A stretch of DNA of 64,000 nucleotides. Source: Sminthopsis crassicaudata (Eukaryota). The DNA lies in NCBI RefSeq assembly GCF_048593235.1, contig NC_133622.1, positions 16,492,001-16,556,000 of the forward strand. The letters are read 5' to 3'. The notes beneath the pieces are model-generated. The model saw only the letters and a list, made by a program, of their open reading frames with translations, was not told where the DNA came from and made no database searches. Shown here in pieces: positions 12,344-24,000 of the stretch. The position numbers were made by a program, and so were the translations under genes. How positions within the stretch are numbered: position 1 is the stretch's first letter; every line of letters starts with the position of its first letter.

Positions 12344-14551
12344 TATCCTTTTGACATCAGAGGGGAAAAGCAGAGATGAGGAAGTCTGCTGTTTCTGGGT
12401 CTCAGGCCTAGAGTGTGAGTGCACCTGGCTTTGGAGCTCAGCTGTAGAAGTGGCAGGGGACCACCCCGGGCAGAAATGATCAAGTACCAATTTTGACACC
12501 ATCACCTGTTAAAGCAATTTCAGGGGAGGCTCTGGCTTCTTGGAATTTTCTATAGCAACGAGAAGCAAGTAACAAAACACAGAGCCTGAAGGACACGTGT
12601 ACATGGTGGGTGGGAGGTGGGGGGAAAGGGACCAGGAAGAAGATGGAGGCAGTTGAATCTCCATCACCTTCATATCTGCCATTGATTGCCTCAGGTCACC
12701 CACAAGATGTCACACATCCCAGCTTCTCCTCCACCCTTCTCTCCCAATCTCAATGCAGCCATCAGATTAGAACAAGATGGTGAGTGAATCCAGACTCTCT
12801 TGTTCTCTGGAGATGGCCTCCTATCCAGACTCTCTAAGTTGTAAAGTCCTTCAAAGACCATCCAGAACAACTCACACGTGACTGAAAGTCCCCCCTAAGA
12901 ACCTAAGACAGAGCCTCCAACCTTTGCTTGCCTTCTGGGGCTGCTTCTACTTTCAGAAAGCTGTAAAGGGGTCTGGAAATCCTTTCCCACAGAGGGCCAC
13001 AAAGGAAGGGCTGCAGGGGGAGGAGGCTGGGTCACCGAGATGGGAGCTGGGAATGGGGGCTGTGGATCTTACCGCCGGGTCTCATTTCCTACCACGCATT
13101 TCCAGCCGAGCTTTGGGATGTGGGGAAGGGGCTCAGGGCAGAGCAGGAGCAGAAAGCAGCGTGTGGCAGAGTGGAGAGGGCCGGGAGCTCCCATCCAGCC
13201 TTCCATGCTCCCTAGGCTGTCTGTCCCAGTCCCCCTTACCAAGCGCATGAGCCCAGATGAGAAGTCAGGCCTCCCCGGCTCCAGGCCCCGCCCTGAGCTC
13301 TGCCCACTGCCCTCTCCGGCTGCCCCTAGACAGCAGCTGCCAGGGGAATAGACACCGTTCCTCCGGGGTGAAGTATTTAACTTCTCCATTTCAGCAAGGA
13401 CTGAACATCTAGTCCCTTCTAAAGCCCCCGTTAGGGGAGCTCCTGCTGGGCTTATGCCGGGCCAGGGGGGACAACACGCGAGTCAAGAAGTAAGAGGAGG
13501 GTGAAAGTTCCTTCTTGGCAAGGCCAGGCATTTATTAAACACCTCCTGTGTGCCACGCACTCCGCTAAGCGCTTCACAAATGTTATTGAAAATCCTCACA
13601 CAGCCCTGGGGGGGGAGGGGGCGTTATGTCCCCATTTTACAAAGGAGAAAATATAAACCCATGACTGCCACGAGGTCCATGGGTGGCGCAGGGGAAGAAG
13701 GGACCAGGGAAGGCGCCGTATGGAAAGCGGTGCTAGAGCAAAGCTTTGAAGGAAATTAGGGCTTGATTCCGTGGGTCAGGGGGAGAAGAGAGACCATTTG
13801 CAGGGCGGGAAACAGCCTGTGCAAAGGTGGGGAGCTGGGAGGCTCAAGTCCCCTGGGCTGGAGCTAGAAGGTGAAAGAGAAGCACGGGATGGGCGAGCTC
13901 TTCTTGGGATGGGCGAGCTCCTCTTGCGCCCTGGGCTCCCGTCCGCATGCTGTGTGAGGAGAAAGGGTCCCGGGCAAAAAGCAAAATAAACCGCAGCGTT
14001 CTTCTAACGGGCTGGAGCCTGTGCTTACCTTGGGGGGGGGGTGGGGTTGAACTTGAACTTGGACCGTTGGGACAGCTTTTCAATCTTGATCCTTCTCCTC
14101 ACTGTGTGACTCTGGGCAAGTCACTGCCCTGAACCTCAGAAAGAGGAGACAAGATTCAAACCAGCCTTGACCTTCCGCCCTCGGCCTTGAGAGCGCTTCT
14201 GTGCTCCAGGGAAAGTGGGAAACCATGCGCCGGGCAGCACATCCCAGGAGGAGCTTCTGGGAGGCCGGGACTAAAGGGTCCCCGCGGGTCTGCGGAGTCC
14301 TAGTGCCCAGGGCGAGGCGGAGGTTCTGAGAAAGGGGACAGGCATCCTTTAAACACCTCATTAGACGCGGTGCTAAGCTCCTTACAAACTTTTTGTTTTG
14401 AAAGGATTTGTTAACGGATTCTAAGGCTTTCTTCCTCCCACACCTCCCCTCTTCCCGAATCTTCCTGCCCATGGCTTTTACATTGGCCTATAACGCGGAT
14501 CCCTACGGAGTTTGCTAAATGATAGCCCATCCCTTTTCTCTTAGTTTCTAA

Positions 14552-14670
14552 TTGTGGTTAAGTGACTTGTCCAGGAGCCCACAACTATGATGCGTTAAGT
14601 GTCTGAGGCTGGATTTGAACTCAAGTCCTCTAAACTTCAGGGCTGGTGCTCCATGCACTGCATCATCTAG
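14552..14670 (-). mobile_element. CORE-SINE (WSINE1-like) immediately upstream of the promoter
   Basis: ggttaagtgacttgtccagg...gtgtctgaggctggatttgaactcaagtcctc...cagggctggtgctc. Confidence 0.8.
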
Positions 14671-14790
14671 TCTCCCTTTGTCCCTTCTGGAGAAGAAAGG
14701 GGTCCCAGAGCAGCCGGGGGTGTCCCGAGGCCCGAGTCCCCACGTGCCCCGCAGGGGAGGCCGGGCCGAGCTTAGCGCAACCCCTCCCTC

Positions 14791-14797
14791 TATATAA
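14791..14797 (+). promoter_or_regulatory. SLC34A2: TATA box of SLC34A2
   Basis: TATATAA lies ~30 nt upstream of an Inr-like gCAtt (14821-14825) and 70 nt upstream of a strong donor CAG|GTGAGT. A C/EBP-like TAGCGCAA is at 14773-14780. Confidence 0.75.
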
Positions 14798-14822
14798 GGG
14801 CGGCGGGGCCGGGCCGCGGGGC

Positions 14823-14861
14823 ATTGCTCCCAGGTCCTCGGTCCGGGACGGAGGCGCACAG
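14823..14861 (+). other. SLC34A2: SLC34A2 non-coding exon 1 (TSS approximate)
   Basis: Ends in gcacag|gtgagt at 14861/14862 and contains no ATG. Eutherian SLC34A2 also has a short non-coding first exon. Confidence 0.7.
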
Positions 14862-15290
14862 GTGAGTGCGGGCGGGCGCGCCGGGCCTCGGGCATCCCGA
14901 GCAGCTGGGGGAAAGGAGGGGGGCCGCGCCCGGGAAGCTCCTCCCCGCGGCCCAAACTTTCGGCTCTCGGCTCCTGACTCCTCCCGGGTCTGGACGCTGA
15001 ACAAGTCCGGGCTCCCAGGCCCCCGGACGGGTTTCTGCCGGACCGTGCCCGCGCCCCAGGCCCCGAGATTTCCGAGGGTTGCCCGCCGGGAAAGGGGGCT
15101 CCGAGGCTGGCTGCCGCTCCCCCCGGGGGGAGGGGCTGCTCCGAGGGGGAGCGCGGAGGGGCCCGGAGCTGGCCCTGGGCAGCAGCTGCGGGACAGAGAC
15201 GGGGGCGGGGGGGGAGCAGGTTCTATGGGGGGGCGTGCCATGGGGAGGGTCGTTCCGCCTGGATGTCAGAGCGCAGAAGCTTCTGGGAGC

Positions 15291-15411
15291 GCAGGAGGTG
15301 AGGACAGGAGGTGAGGGAAGCAGGAGGTGAGGGAAGCAGGAGGTGAGAGAACAGGAGGAGGTGAGGGCACAGGAGATGAGAGCAGGAGGTGAGGGAAGCA
15401 GGAGGTGAGGG
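15291..15411 (+). repeat. Minisatellite, ~16-bp unit GCAGGAGGTGAGGGAA, ~8 copies
   Basis: Directly visible; seven copies contain GAG|GTGAG. Confidence 0.95.
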
Positions 15412-16666
15412 CAGCAGCAGCAGGCTCATTTACGCCACAGAGAAAGCGATCCGAAATTCAAGGCAGTGTGGATGGCGAGGCTGGCCCGAGGGAGCAGAAG
15501 TTAGGAGGAGGAAGGGGCGGCGGTGGAGGCAGAGGATCTGTCACTTCCCACCTGGGGGACCCTGGGACTCCTCGAGCAGCCTCAGTTCCCTCATCTGTAA
15601 AATGCTAATACGAATTTAAGTGATTTTAAAGGTTTCCCTCTGTAGATCCTGGGTATTCTTTGCTTAACACTAGGGCTGGAGTGGAGCTCTGGGATAAATT
15701 CTGAATAACATCACTGAGTGAGCGAGCCTCAGCTTCCTCCTCTGTAAAATGGGGACACGGCCGTGATGAAAACATTTTGCCAATTCTGTAAGATCCAAGG
15801 ACCCCATGAACTCTAGAGCTGGAAGGGCTTTTTGTCTAGAGCGGACCTTTCAGAGAAACTGCCAGAGAAGTTCGCTCAGCTGGCGCACAAGCCGCGGCCC
15901 AGATAGTGTAGACTCTGAATTCAGTGTGGGCGTGCCTTAGCCGGGGTTCTTTATCTGGTTGCATCTCATCTCTCATTTAAAAGGGAAAAACCAAAAGCAT
16001 TTCTGTACATTTGTTCACTGTCTGATGCCTTCCAGAAATACTATTACCTCCTTCTCCACTCTTTAGTCACTTCTTTTGTAATTTTTAGGGAAGTTGAGGA
16101 GGCCAAGAACACCATATTATTCTAAGTCATTACTCCATTTAATTTAATGGAGAGAGACTCTGTAGCTCTGAACCCTTATAGATTGCTGGGTGCTACATGG
16201 TTTTCTCCTGCCAAACTAAGAAATAAAAATACTAAGAAAATCAGATGAAATTGGAGACCTTTGTCCCATAATTTAGGAGGGAAGACCTAAAAAAATATTG
16301 TGATTCAGTGAAAAATCTTGGTGATTTTTCTATTTCATCCCCATTTTCCTTTTCTGATACCTGGGCAATAATTCTCTTTTTCTATGTCTCCTATCGTTTT
16401 GATGATCACATGTTGCTCTTTCTCCTAGATAAAGCAATTTCCTCAATGTTCTTCATGGAACTCTACTCCTCTACCAAGGAGACCTACTCTTTTGATTACT
16501 CTATTTTCATTAAAAAACCGCAGTGAGGATCTACATCAAGTCATGTGTAAAATGCTATAAATTATTGAGTATAATGGGGGTTGAAAAGGCCAAAAAAGTG
16601 AAAGGGAGTGCCTCAAAACTGAAGCACATGTTTGTTAGGTCACTTGTGTTCTCATATTTTTTTCCC

Positions 16667-16794
16667 TGAGGCTGGGGTTAAGTGACTTGCCCAGGGTCAC
16701 ACAGCTAGGAAGTGTTAAGTGTCTGAGACCAGATTTGAACGGTCCTCCTGAATTCAGGGCTGGTGCTCTATCCACTGCACCACCTCTCTGCCCC
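16667..16794 (-). mobile_element. CORE-SINE (WSINE1-like, short 3' end)
   Basis: tgaggctggggttaagtgacttgcccagggtcacacagctaggaagtgttaagtgtctgagaccagatttgaac...tccactgcaccacct...gcccc. Confidence 0.9.
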
Positions 16795-17989
16795 AAGCTT
16801 ATGATATTTAATGCTTAGCTCCCATTGGTACTGAAACCTGCCTAAATCTCAACTTAGCTGTGTTTGGGATTCCTGCATAGATATATTGGGATTTCTCTGA
16901 AACTTTCAAGCAGATGCTCAAATGTTGCTGAAACAATTTCCCTTGGGCTCTTCCTTCTGAACATGGCAAAAGCATCTTAGCAGCCTTTTTGTCTAGATTA
17001 GGGTGACTTTGTATTTCTGTTTTTGCCAGTTATCCTGTTTAAACAATTGACCAACTTCATGAGTGAAAAAGGCCATGAAGAAGAAATCTCTTGCAAAACT
17101 AGACTTATTCTGACCTTATTTCCAAGAGTAAAAGGAAGAAGTAGATTAGATGACTTTTTAAAGAATCTTGACTAGTCCAAGAGTTCTCCCTTCAATTATA
17201 TAACCCATGAGCCAATTAACTGGGGTAAAATCTAGCTCAATAAGTCTGCTCTGGAGGTCAAGACACCTGTCACTTCCTCATTATTCTATTACTCTAGGAA
17301 AATGACTTTTAGGCTTTAATTTTCTCATTTATTTAGCTATGGTGTCTTCTAGCTAACTTGATATTTTAGTTAAGAAATCAAATTATTCTAGTTTTGCCCG
17401 CTGGGGCAAGGTAGGTGTTAAGGGATCTATTCTACCGCTGTAAGAAAGAATACTAAAAATTGCTACACAGATCCCTTTTCTGGGATAGGAAAAAGCAATA
17501 GAGAAAACCCTGAAATTTTTTAGTTGGTTTGAGTTGGTATGCATCTGCTCCCTGAGGTGATGGCTCCAGAGCTGGATAGGTCACTTTGATGTGAAATGTT
17601 CTTTTCTAAAGGTTTTTTTTTTTTTATCATATAAAATTCTGATGCTATTTATCACTGGTCTTATGCAAGATTTTAGAGGTTAAAAGGGATCTTCTAGTCT
17701 AATCTCCAAGATTTATGGTTAAGGAAATGGATGCCCAAAGCCTGGGTGATGGGAATGAAATCAGGTCTCTAGGTTGTCAACTCAAGGTTTGACTCATTGC
17801 TTTTCTACTTGAATGGGGAGATGGTCGAGAACTCGGTTTGATGTAATCAGGTTGGCTGTTTAATGTCTTCATGTGAATAGTCTCTAAATAAGACAGGATC
17901 CTGTGGTAATTACTGAATGGAAGTGAAATGTATACAGTTGGGGTTTCCATAAAGAATATGCACACTGCAGGTGTGAGCACAATGTGCTC

Positions 17990-18890
17990 TGAGATCAGAT
18001 GAGAGAGATTACTTCCAGGAGAAGCTTCGTTCAGGAGATAGCAGCTGACCTGGGCTTAGAGTGATGGGGACATTATCTGGAGATAGAACTTGGGAAAGAG
18101 CTGAAGAGGAAAGCCTAGGTGAGGAGGGAAGGCTCAGTGAATAATCCTGTTTGGATAGAAGGTTGAGCATCCAAGGGAGCATACATCAGGAGAGAAGCTG
18201 CTTTTCTAGCTTCCCATAGGTTGAGAGCCACAGTTCTGAATGGGATTGTTCTATTTTTTTCCTTAGCCTGGTTTACCTACCAACTAGCCAGTGAACTTAG
18301 AGAATGTAAAGGGATTCCCCCTTCCTTGGCATTTGTGTTTTAAAATGGTATATTGTGGGAGTGAGATGAATGAATGAGTGAATGAATTAATGAATGAATG
18401 AACCTAGAACCATGGGAACCAACCAGCTGAGAAAATCTAAAGTACAACTTCTCACCAGGGCTCCTGCTGAATGAATAACACACCAGGAGTATGTAATAGG
18501 AACCGAGGAGATGGGAGACTGGGGGACAGAACATTATTGTATCATTTTAGAAAGGGCTGTGGAGGGCCGGAACCATGCTGATGGAAGTGGAAGGGAAAAA
18601 GGAAACGATGGTCATGAGGAACACTGAGACATGACTTGAGGATTTGATGACTGATTAGCTATAAATAATATAATAATAGCTATAAAGTTCAGTTTGGGGA
18701 TAGAGTAGGGAGGGAGAGAGAATGCTGACAGAACAAGGAAAGTTGAAGGTGGCTGCATGGTTACGGGGAGAGACGCCCAGTCCAATTGTAGATCTGTTGA
18801 GTTGAGTCATTTATATCTGAATGAAAAAGTGTAAGTTCAGATAGAAATATACAGCAGGTCATTGGAGACAGGAAGCTATAGTAGATATAG
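17990..18890 (-). mobile_element. Ancient L2 remnants (fragmented)
   Basis: GA-rich degenerate sequence typical of antisense L2 (gatagcagctgacctgggcttag; gatgactgattagct...agtagggagggagagag). Confidence 0.4.
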
Positions 18891-19377
18891 TATGTTGTAG
18901 ATTTGTGGGATATGTCATCAGCATTCCTTCTCTGTAGGAGACGTCATAGACTATAGGAGAGTCTCTCCCTTTCTCCAAGCAGCCCACTGATGAGGGAGAC
19001 TCGTGTTGTTTGCTCATCCTTATTGCGCCTGTATTGGGGTTTATTTCTAGGATTAAGGAGCTTTTCTGTGCCAGTCATACCTTTAGAGAGGGATTCACTT
19101 ATTCTGGCCACATGAGTTGATCATTATGCCATAGTGGCTGGGATACTAGATTTGTGAGTCTAATCCCTTCTCAGACACTCAAATGTTGCTTATTTTCCTC
19201 TTATGTAAAAGCATAAGAGTACCAACCTAACAGTTGTGGGATCAAGTGAGAAATGATTTGTAAACATTATATAAACTTTTTGATATCAATATTCAGGATG
19301 GAATTTATGTGAAGTAGATAGTTGTTAAGGGTGCCTTTTTGAGGAAAACAAAACATAAACTAACTCAGACCCTTAAT

Positions 19378-19555
19378 TAATTTTATAATTTTTTTGACAG
19401 TATATGCATGAGTAATTTTTTTTTTATAACATTATCCCTTGTATTCATTTTTCCAAATTATCCCCTCCCTCCCTCCACTCCCTCCCCTAGATGACAGGCA
19501 ATTCAATTCCATACATTTTACATGTGTTACAATATAACCTAGATACAATATGTGT
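19378..19555 (-). mobile_element. 178-bp 5'-truncated young L1 with a perfect 18-bp TSD
   Basis: CTAACTCAGACCCTTAAT at 19360-19377 and 19556-19573 flanks L1 3'-end sequence. Confidence 0.95.
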
Positions 19556-19591
19556 CTAACTCAGACCCTTAATGTGGAAAAATTAACATTT

Positions 19592-19732
19592 TTTTTTCTT
19601 TTTTTTTTTTTTGAGGCTGGGGTTAAGTGACTTGCCCAGGGTCACATAGCTAGGAAGTGTTAAGTGTCTGAGACCAGACTTGAACTCGGGTCCTCGGCTG
19701 GTGCTCTATTCATTGCGCCCCCTAGCTGCCCC
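19592..19732 (-). mobile_element. CORE-SINE (WSINE1-like) with poly(A) tail and ~8-bp TSD
   Basis: Long T-run followed by the SINE body; TAACATTT at 19584-19591 and 19733-19740. Confidence 0.9.
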
Positions 19733-19948
19733 TAACATTTTCAATCTATAGAATTAAAAAAAAAAAAATCTATACTATTTGAGGTACATCTCCCTAACAA
19801 AAACATTATCTGGCAAAGCCCATTAGTTACCAATTATTAAACACCTATTATGTGCCACGCCTTGTGCTAGGGGCAAAGAGTTAGAATTGGAAGTCTTTCA
19901 GAATTAACATAAGAAACTGAAATTTCATTCCTTCACTTTCCTGTTTTC

Positions 19949-19987
<39 letters not shown>

Positions 19988-20928
19988 GAAAATGAAAGGA
20001 TCTCATTGGATTCATGTGAAGAGTAGATTCTACCCAATAGGTTAAAGCCATTCCTTGAGACATTCATTCCAGGAAACAATAAGAAAAGGGCACATGGATT
20101 GTTCACAGTTAAACATTCGAAATGCCAGCATTCTCCCCATGGTCTTTGTCCTAACAAGGAAATAAGAAAAGAGAAATTAATGGCATTATTCCCATCCCCG
20201 TCCCAAATAATTTCCCAGCTTTATAAGGGGTCTCATAATTCTGAGCAGACTCTGCATTATTTAGTTGCTCAAAATTCATGTTTCCTTCACACTTACAAGT
20301 CCCAAGAGCTGGTGATTTTAGAACTTGAGCCAGAACAGGAGCATGTTTAAGTGAGAGAGGAACAAGTGAATGTATAGTCAACGTTTCTCCCACTTTGCGA
20401 TTTAGTCGGGATGTAGCTTCTGACCCATAGATGGCATAATGTGTCAGTAGTAGTACCCTTCATCTCTGGGATAGCCTCAGAAATAGTATGGAACACTGCA
20501 GTGTCTGCTAGAGAGAGTGACCCTAGGATTAAAGGAGATGAAAGTGATTGATAAGTTTGAAGTAGAGAATGTGTGGAGGAGGAGCTCTTACTGAAGAAAA
20601 AGTTAAGAAAAAGTTAACATTTGTTGAGCTGGTGACTGACTATAAGACAGGTGGTCTGGATAGTTTAGGCCCATGAGGGGGAGAGAATGAATCCCGGGAG
20701 AAGCGACATGACTTGGAAAGGCTGGATGTGTGGTTGGGAAAGTCAAAGATTGAAGTTTAAAAAGTGACCCTATGATGTCATAACTTGGAAGAAAAAAATG
20801 GTGGGTTTTTAAAAATGAACTTTAGAATCATTGATTTTGCTTTGTTTTGTCAGTGTTATTGTATGTCTCATCTTTCTGGGGTCCTTGTTGATATAAAATC
20901 CAACTTAAAATTTCATTATTCACAGACC

Positions 20929-21013
20929 ATGGCTCCTTGGCCTGAATCGGATAACTCCCACGCTGATCCTAATAAGTTTGTTCAAGAGGAAAAAGAAAAA
21001 GGAAGCTCTAGCA
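20929..21013 (+). CDS. SLC34A2: SLC34A2 exon 2 coding part (acceptor cacag|acc at 20925/20926)
   Basis: ACC ATG G Kozak context; [28 protein letters not shown]; donor A|GTAAGT. Confidence 0.95.
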
Positions 21014-24000
21014 GTAAGTACCATTCTCTCTTCTTGAAGTAGCACTTGCTGCCATCTTCCACTCTTCCCCAATGGAAATGGGCCTTATTCCTGATGGATT
21101 TTTGCTGTCTTTAGCAGATAATGCCCATTCTTCTGGAAACAAGATAGAACTTCAGCCAACTTGCTCTACTATTGCCCTGGTTGAAGAGCCAGTGGTACAG
21201 CAAGACCCATCTGACATGCCTAAAGTGAAGGATCCTGAGATCAAGTGGTCAGGTAACCTCATAGGGGAGAATATGTGATCTACTGCTGCTTCTGTGGTTT
21301 GCTTTATTTTAACTATTTNNNNNNNNNNNNNNNNNNNNNNNNNNNNNNNNNNNNNNNNNNNNNNNNNNNNNNNNNNNNNNNNNNNNNNNNNNNNNNNNNN
21401 NNNNNNNNNNNNNNNNNNNNNNNNNNNNNNNNNNNNNNNNNNNNNNNNNNGTTTCTTTTTGTGGGAAGAGGAAGCATTTTATCATTTCCAGATAATGCAA
21501 TACTTGAATTTGTAGTTTAAAAATCAGGTTTGTGTTGCTTTTGACACTTCCTAAAGGAGTGACCTTGGATTTAGAATGTTATATTTGGATTCTCTACCTC
21601 ACAAGTTTTTTGTGAAGAAAACATGGAGTTCATCTTAAAGCACTGCAGAAATGCTGGCTGGTATTATTTTTATCATTTTCTGCTGCCCCCAAGCCTGTGG
21701 TTAGAGCTGTCTTTCTGCCACATCTACAGGGGTTGAGGACTTTAAGGCCTTGTGAACATTTCTTATTATATTATATCTCTCAATGTGGATTATTGTTGGG
21801 CTGCTTGAACTCAATTTATGTCTTAGTTCAGGACTCCATTGTAATATTCTCTAATATCTCTGGCTTCCTGTTCTTGAACAATGACCAACGGGAACCATTA
21901 GATTCTCCTTACCTCCTTTATCCAAATCCCATGAATTTGGTTCCTACAGACATTAAGAGTCATACTGTTCTATAGTATACTAACGTGTGATGGGGAAGGC
22001 TTGGCGTGGTAGCAGACCTTATAAAAAAGTTAATCTTAACAGGAACCACTAGTAGGACATTTTTGTCTCATTGATTTATTTTTAAAATGGAGGTAATCTC
22101 TTTATTTTTGGTACAAATCTGATTTTCTAGCTGTAGCAAACTCAGTATAGAAATTTCTTTCCTCTGCTGATACAGATTAGCAGTTCATCTCTTAACTTAT
22201 GGTTTTAGAAAGTTGTCTGGGAGTACTGGGAGGAAAATGCTTTGTCCATAATCATTAGGAGAGCAAGATTTGAACTGAGGTCTTAGTGCCTTCAAGGGCT
22301 ACATCCCCCTGCCTCCTTATGCTGGACTGCATTCAAAGAAGGAGGGTGTTTGACTCATGGTAAGTGCTTTTATCATCAGAGCACAGTGGGATGTCCATCC
22401 TGGTGCTGCAGTGAAGCAGTTCAGGGACTTGGGTGGGATAGAAATAGATGAGAAGGCTTCTCCCAGAGGGCAGGCAGGTTGAGGGATTGCAGTAAAGGAG
22501 CTAGGAAAGCTTAGATGGAAATGAAATCTTTGGATGTATGAAGGGATGTCCTGTGGAAAAGGGGTGAATTGGTCTTGTTAGAAATTCTATGGAGGTTCCA
22601 GAAGAAAGATGATCTAATTAAATCCAAGAAATGGCCAGAAGTGGAATGTGCTCTCATTAGTGCAGATGGTACAATCAGGCTTGAATTACTGATGATGCAG
22701 AAGGGAGTCTTGGAAAGAATTGGAAGTTTCATCCTACAATTCCACTATGATGCAGGTGTATTCATCCATAGACATTATTAGACATGTTCAGGGGACAGAC
22801 TTGGGGGATATATGAAAATAGTAAATAACCTGGACCCTGCATAAGATACAGAGTTGGCTCTAGTCATTCAGTGCCCCTAATTATAATCATGACATCATCA
22901 TAACATAATGAAACACTTTGCAATATTATAAGAATTGACAAAGACACTGTACAACCACATGGTGTTGGAAAAATGCTCTGATAGATGGCTACAAAGCATA
23001 ATAGAGTGAGGTAAGCTTGTAAACAGCTTAGCTCCTCCTCTCCATGCTCACTTCAGGGTGTGCACTAGCTGGCCCATAGATAGAACAGGAGATGCTAGAT
23101 CTGATGTCCAACACCCGAGTTTGACTGGACTTAAAGCAGCACCTGCCTCAGTCTGCATTCGAGGAAGAAATGAGATGAAATAGTTTTGCCAGTTTTCAAA
23201 GCACTCTGGGCACTTTGGCTCCACCATTGAATCTCCCCTGGCTCCGGAACTGGGCTTTTGGAATGCAACTGTTACTTGTAGACAGGGAAGGAAGGTAGAA
23301 AAGTGGAAACTGGGAACAGGGATACTGGGTGAAAGGGGCCATTCAGCTTAGGGGTCAGTGAGAAATGGCATGTTCTCTGAGTATCCATGAGATGGGCCAG
23401 GCTGTGGGGAAGGTTGGGGCTGTGGGGAAGGGCTGGGGCGGGACTAAGGGCTAATCCTCCTAGGGTTGGCCAGCATTCATTAGGAAGATTTGGGGCCAAA
23501 AGAGTCTTTACAAAAACAGAACTGTCATTTTTATTGTAAAGCCCAAGACCCCAATGACCCCAAATGCCCTTCTGGAGAGCACTAAGTGCTCTGGCTGGTC
23601 ATTATCTGGGACCCCTCTACCTGGAACTGACTGGTCCTATTATCTGCTCCACTTAGCAAGCCAATGGGTCAGCCTGGTTTCCTTATGGCTCCCCCTCATC
23701 CCCTCCAGACCTCAAAGTCTTTAATGATACAAAGCTTCTCCATCAATGTGGCTTTTCAAATGTGGTGGGGGTGGGTGCCAAATTTTGGGGATCACTTCAA
23801 GGCCAGCTTCTTCAAATGCAGTTGCTCATGTATCACCCAAGCTGAAAATCCCAGCCTGCTTTCCCCTGGCTAGAAAGAGATGGGACATGATTGCACAAAA
23901 TGTCAGATTCCACCCCCCCCCCCATCTCCGGGGGTCTGTGGGTTTGTATGTCAAGCTGTACATATGCCTACATTAATAAGGCAATGTTTGTATAGCCCTT

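Larger units (their letters stand above)
14670..15510. promoter_or_regulatory. SLC34A2: CpG island spanning the SLC34A2 promoter, exon 1 and the start of intron 1
   Basis: Very GC- and CpG-rich stretch with multiple GC boxes (gggcgg), against an AT-rich background. Confidence 0.9.

Noticed and set aside
10178-12811. A ~22-bp motif TCCAGAct(t/ct)cttgttcTCTGGA at 10178-10199 and 12789-12811 (small hairpin containing a TGTTCT steroid half-site)
   Set aside because: Too short to exclude chance, and the second half-site does not match a GRE consensus.
13886-13925. 20-bp tandem duplication (gggatgggcgagctc(t/c)tctt x2)
   Set aside because: Ordinary slippage duplication with no evidence of function.
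14548-15330. Long ORFs of 222, 192 and 135 aa over the promoter
   Set aside because: Pro/Gly/Arg/Ala-rich artefacts of a CpG island; no homology, and they overlap the TATA box and exon 1.
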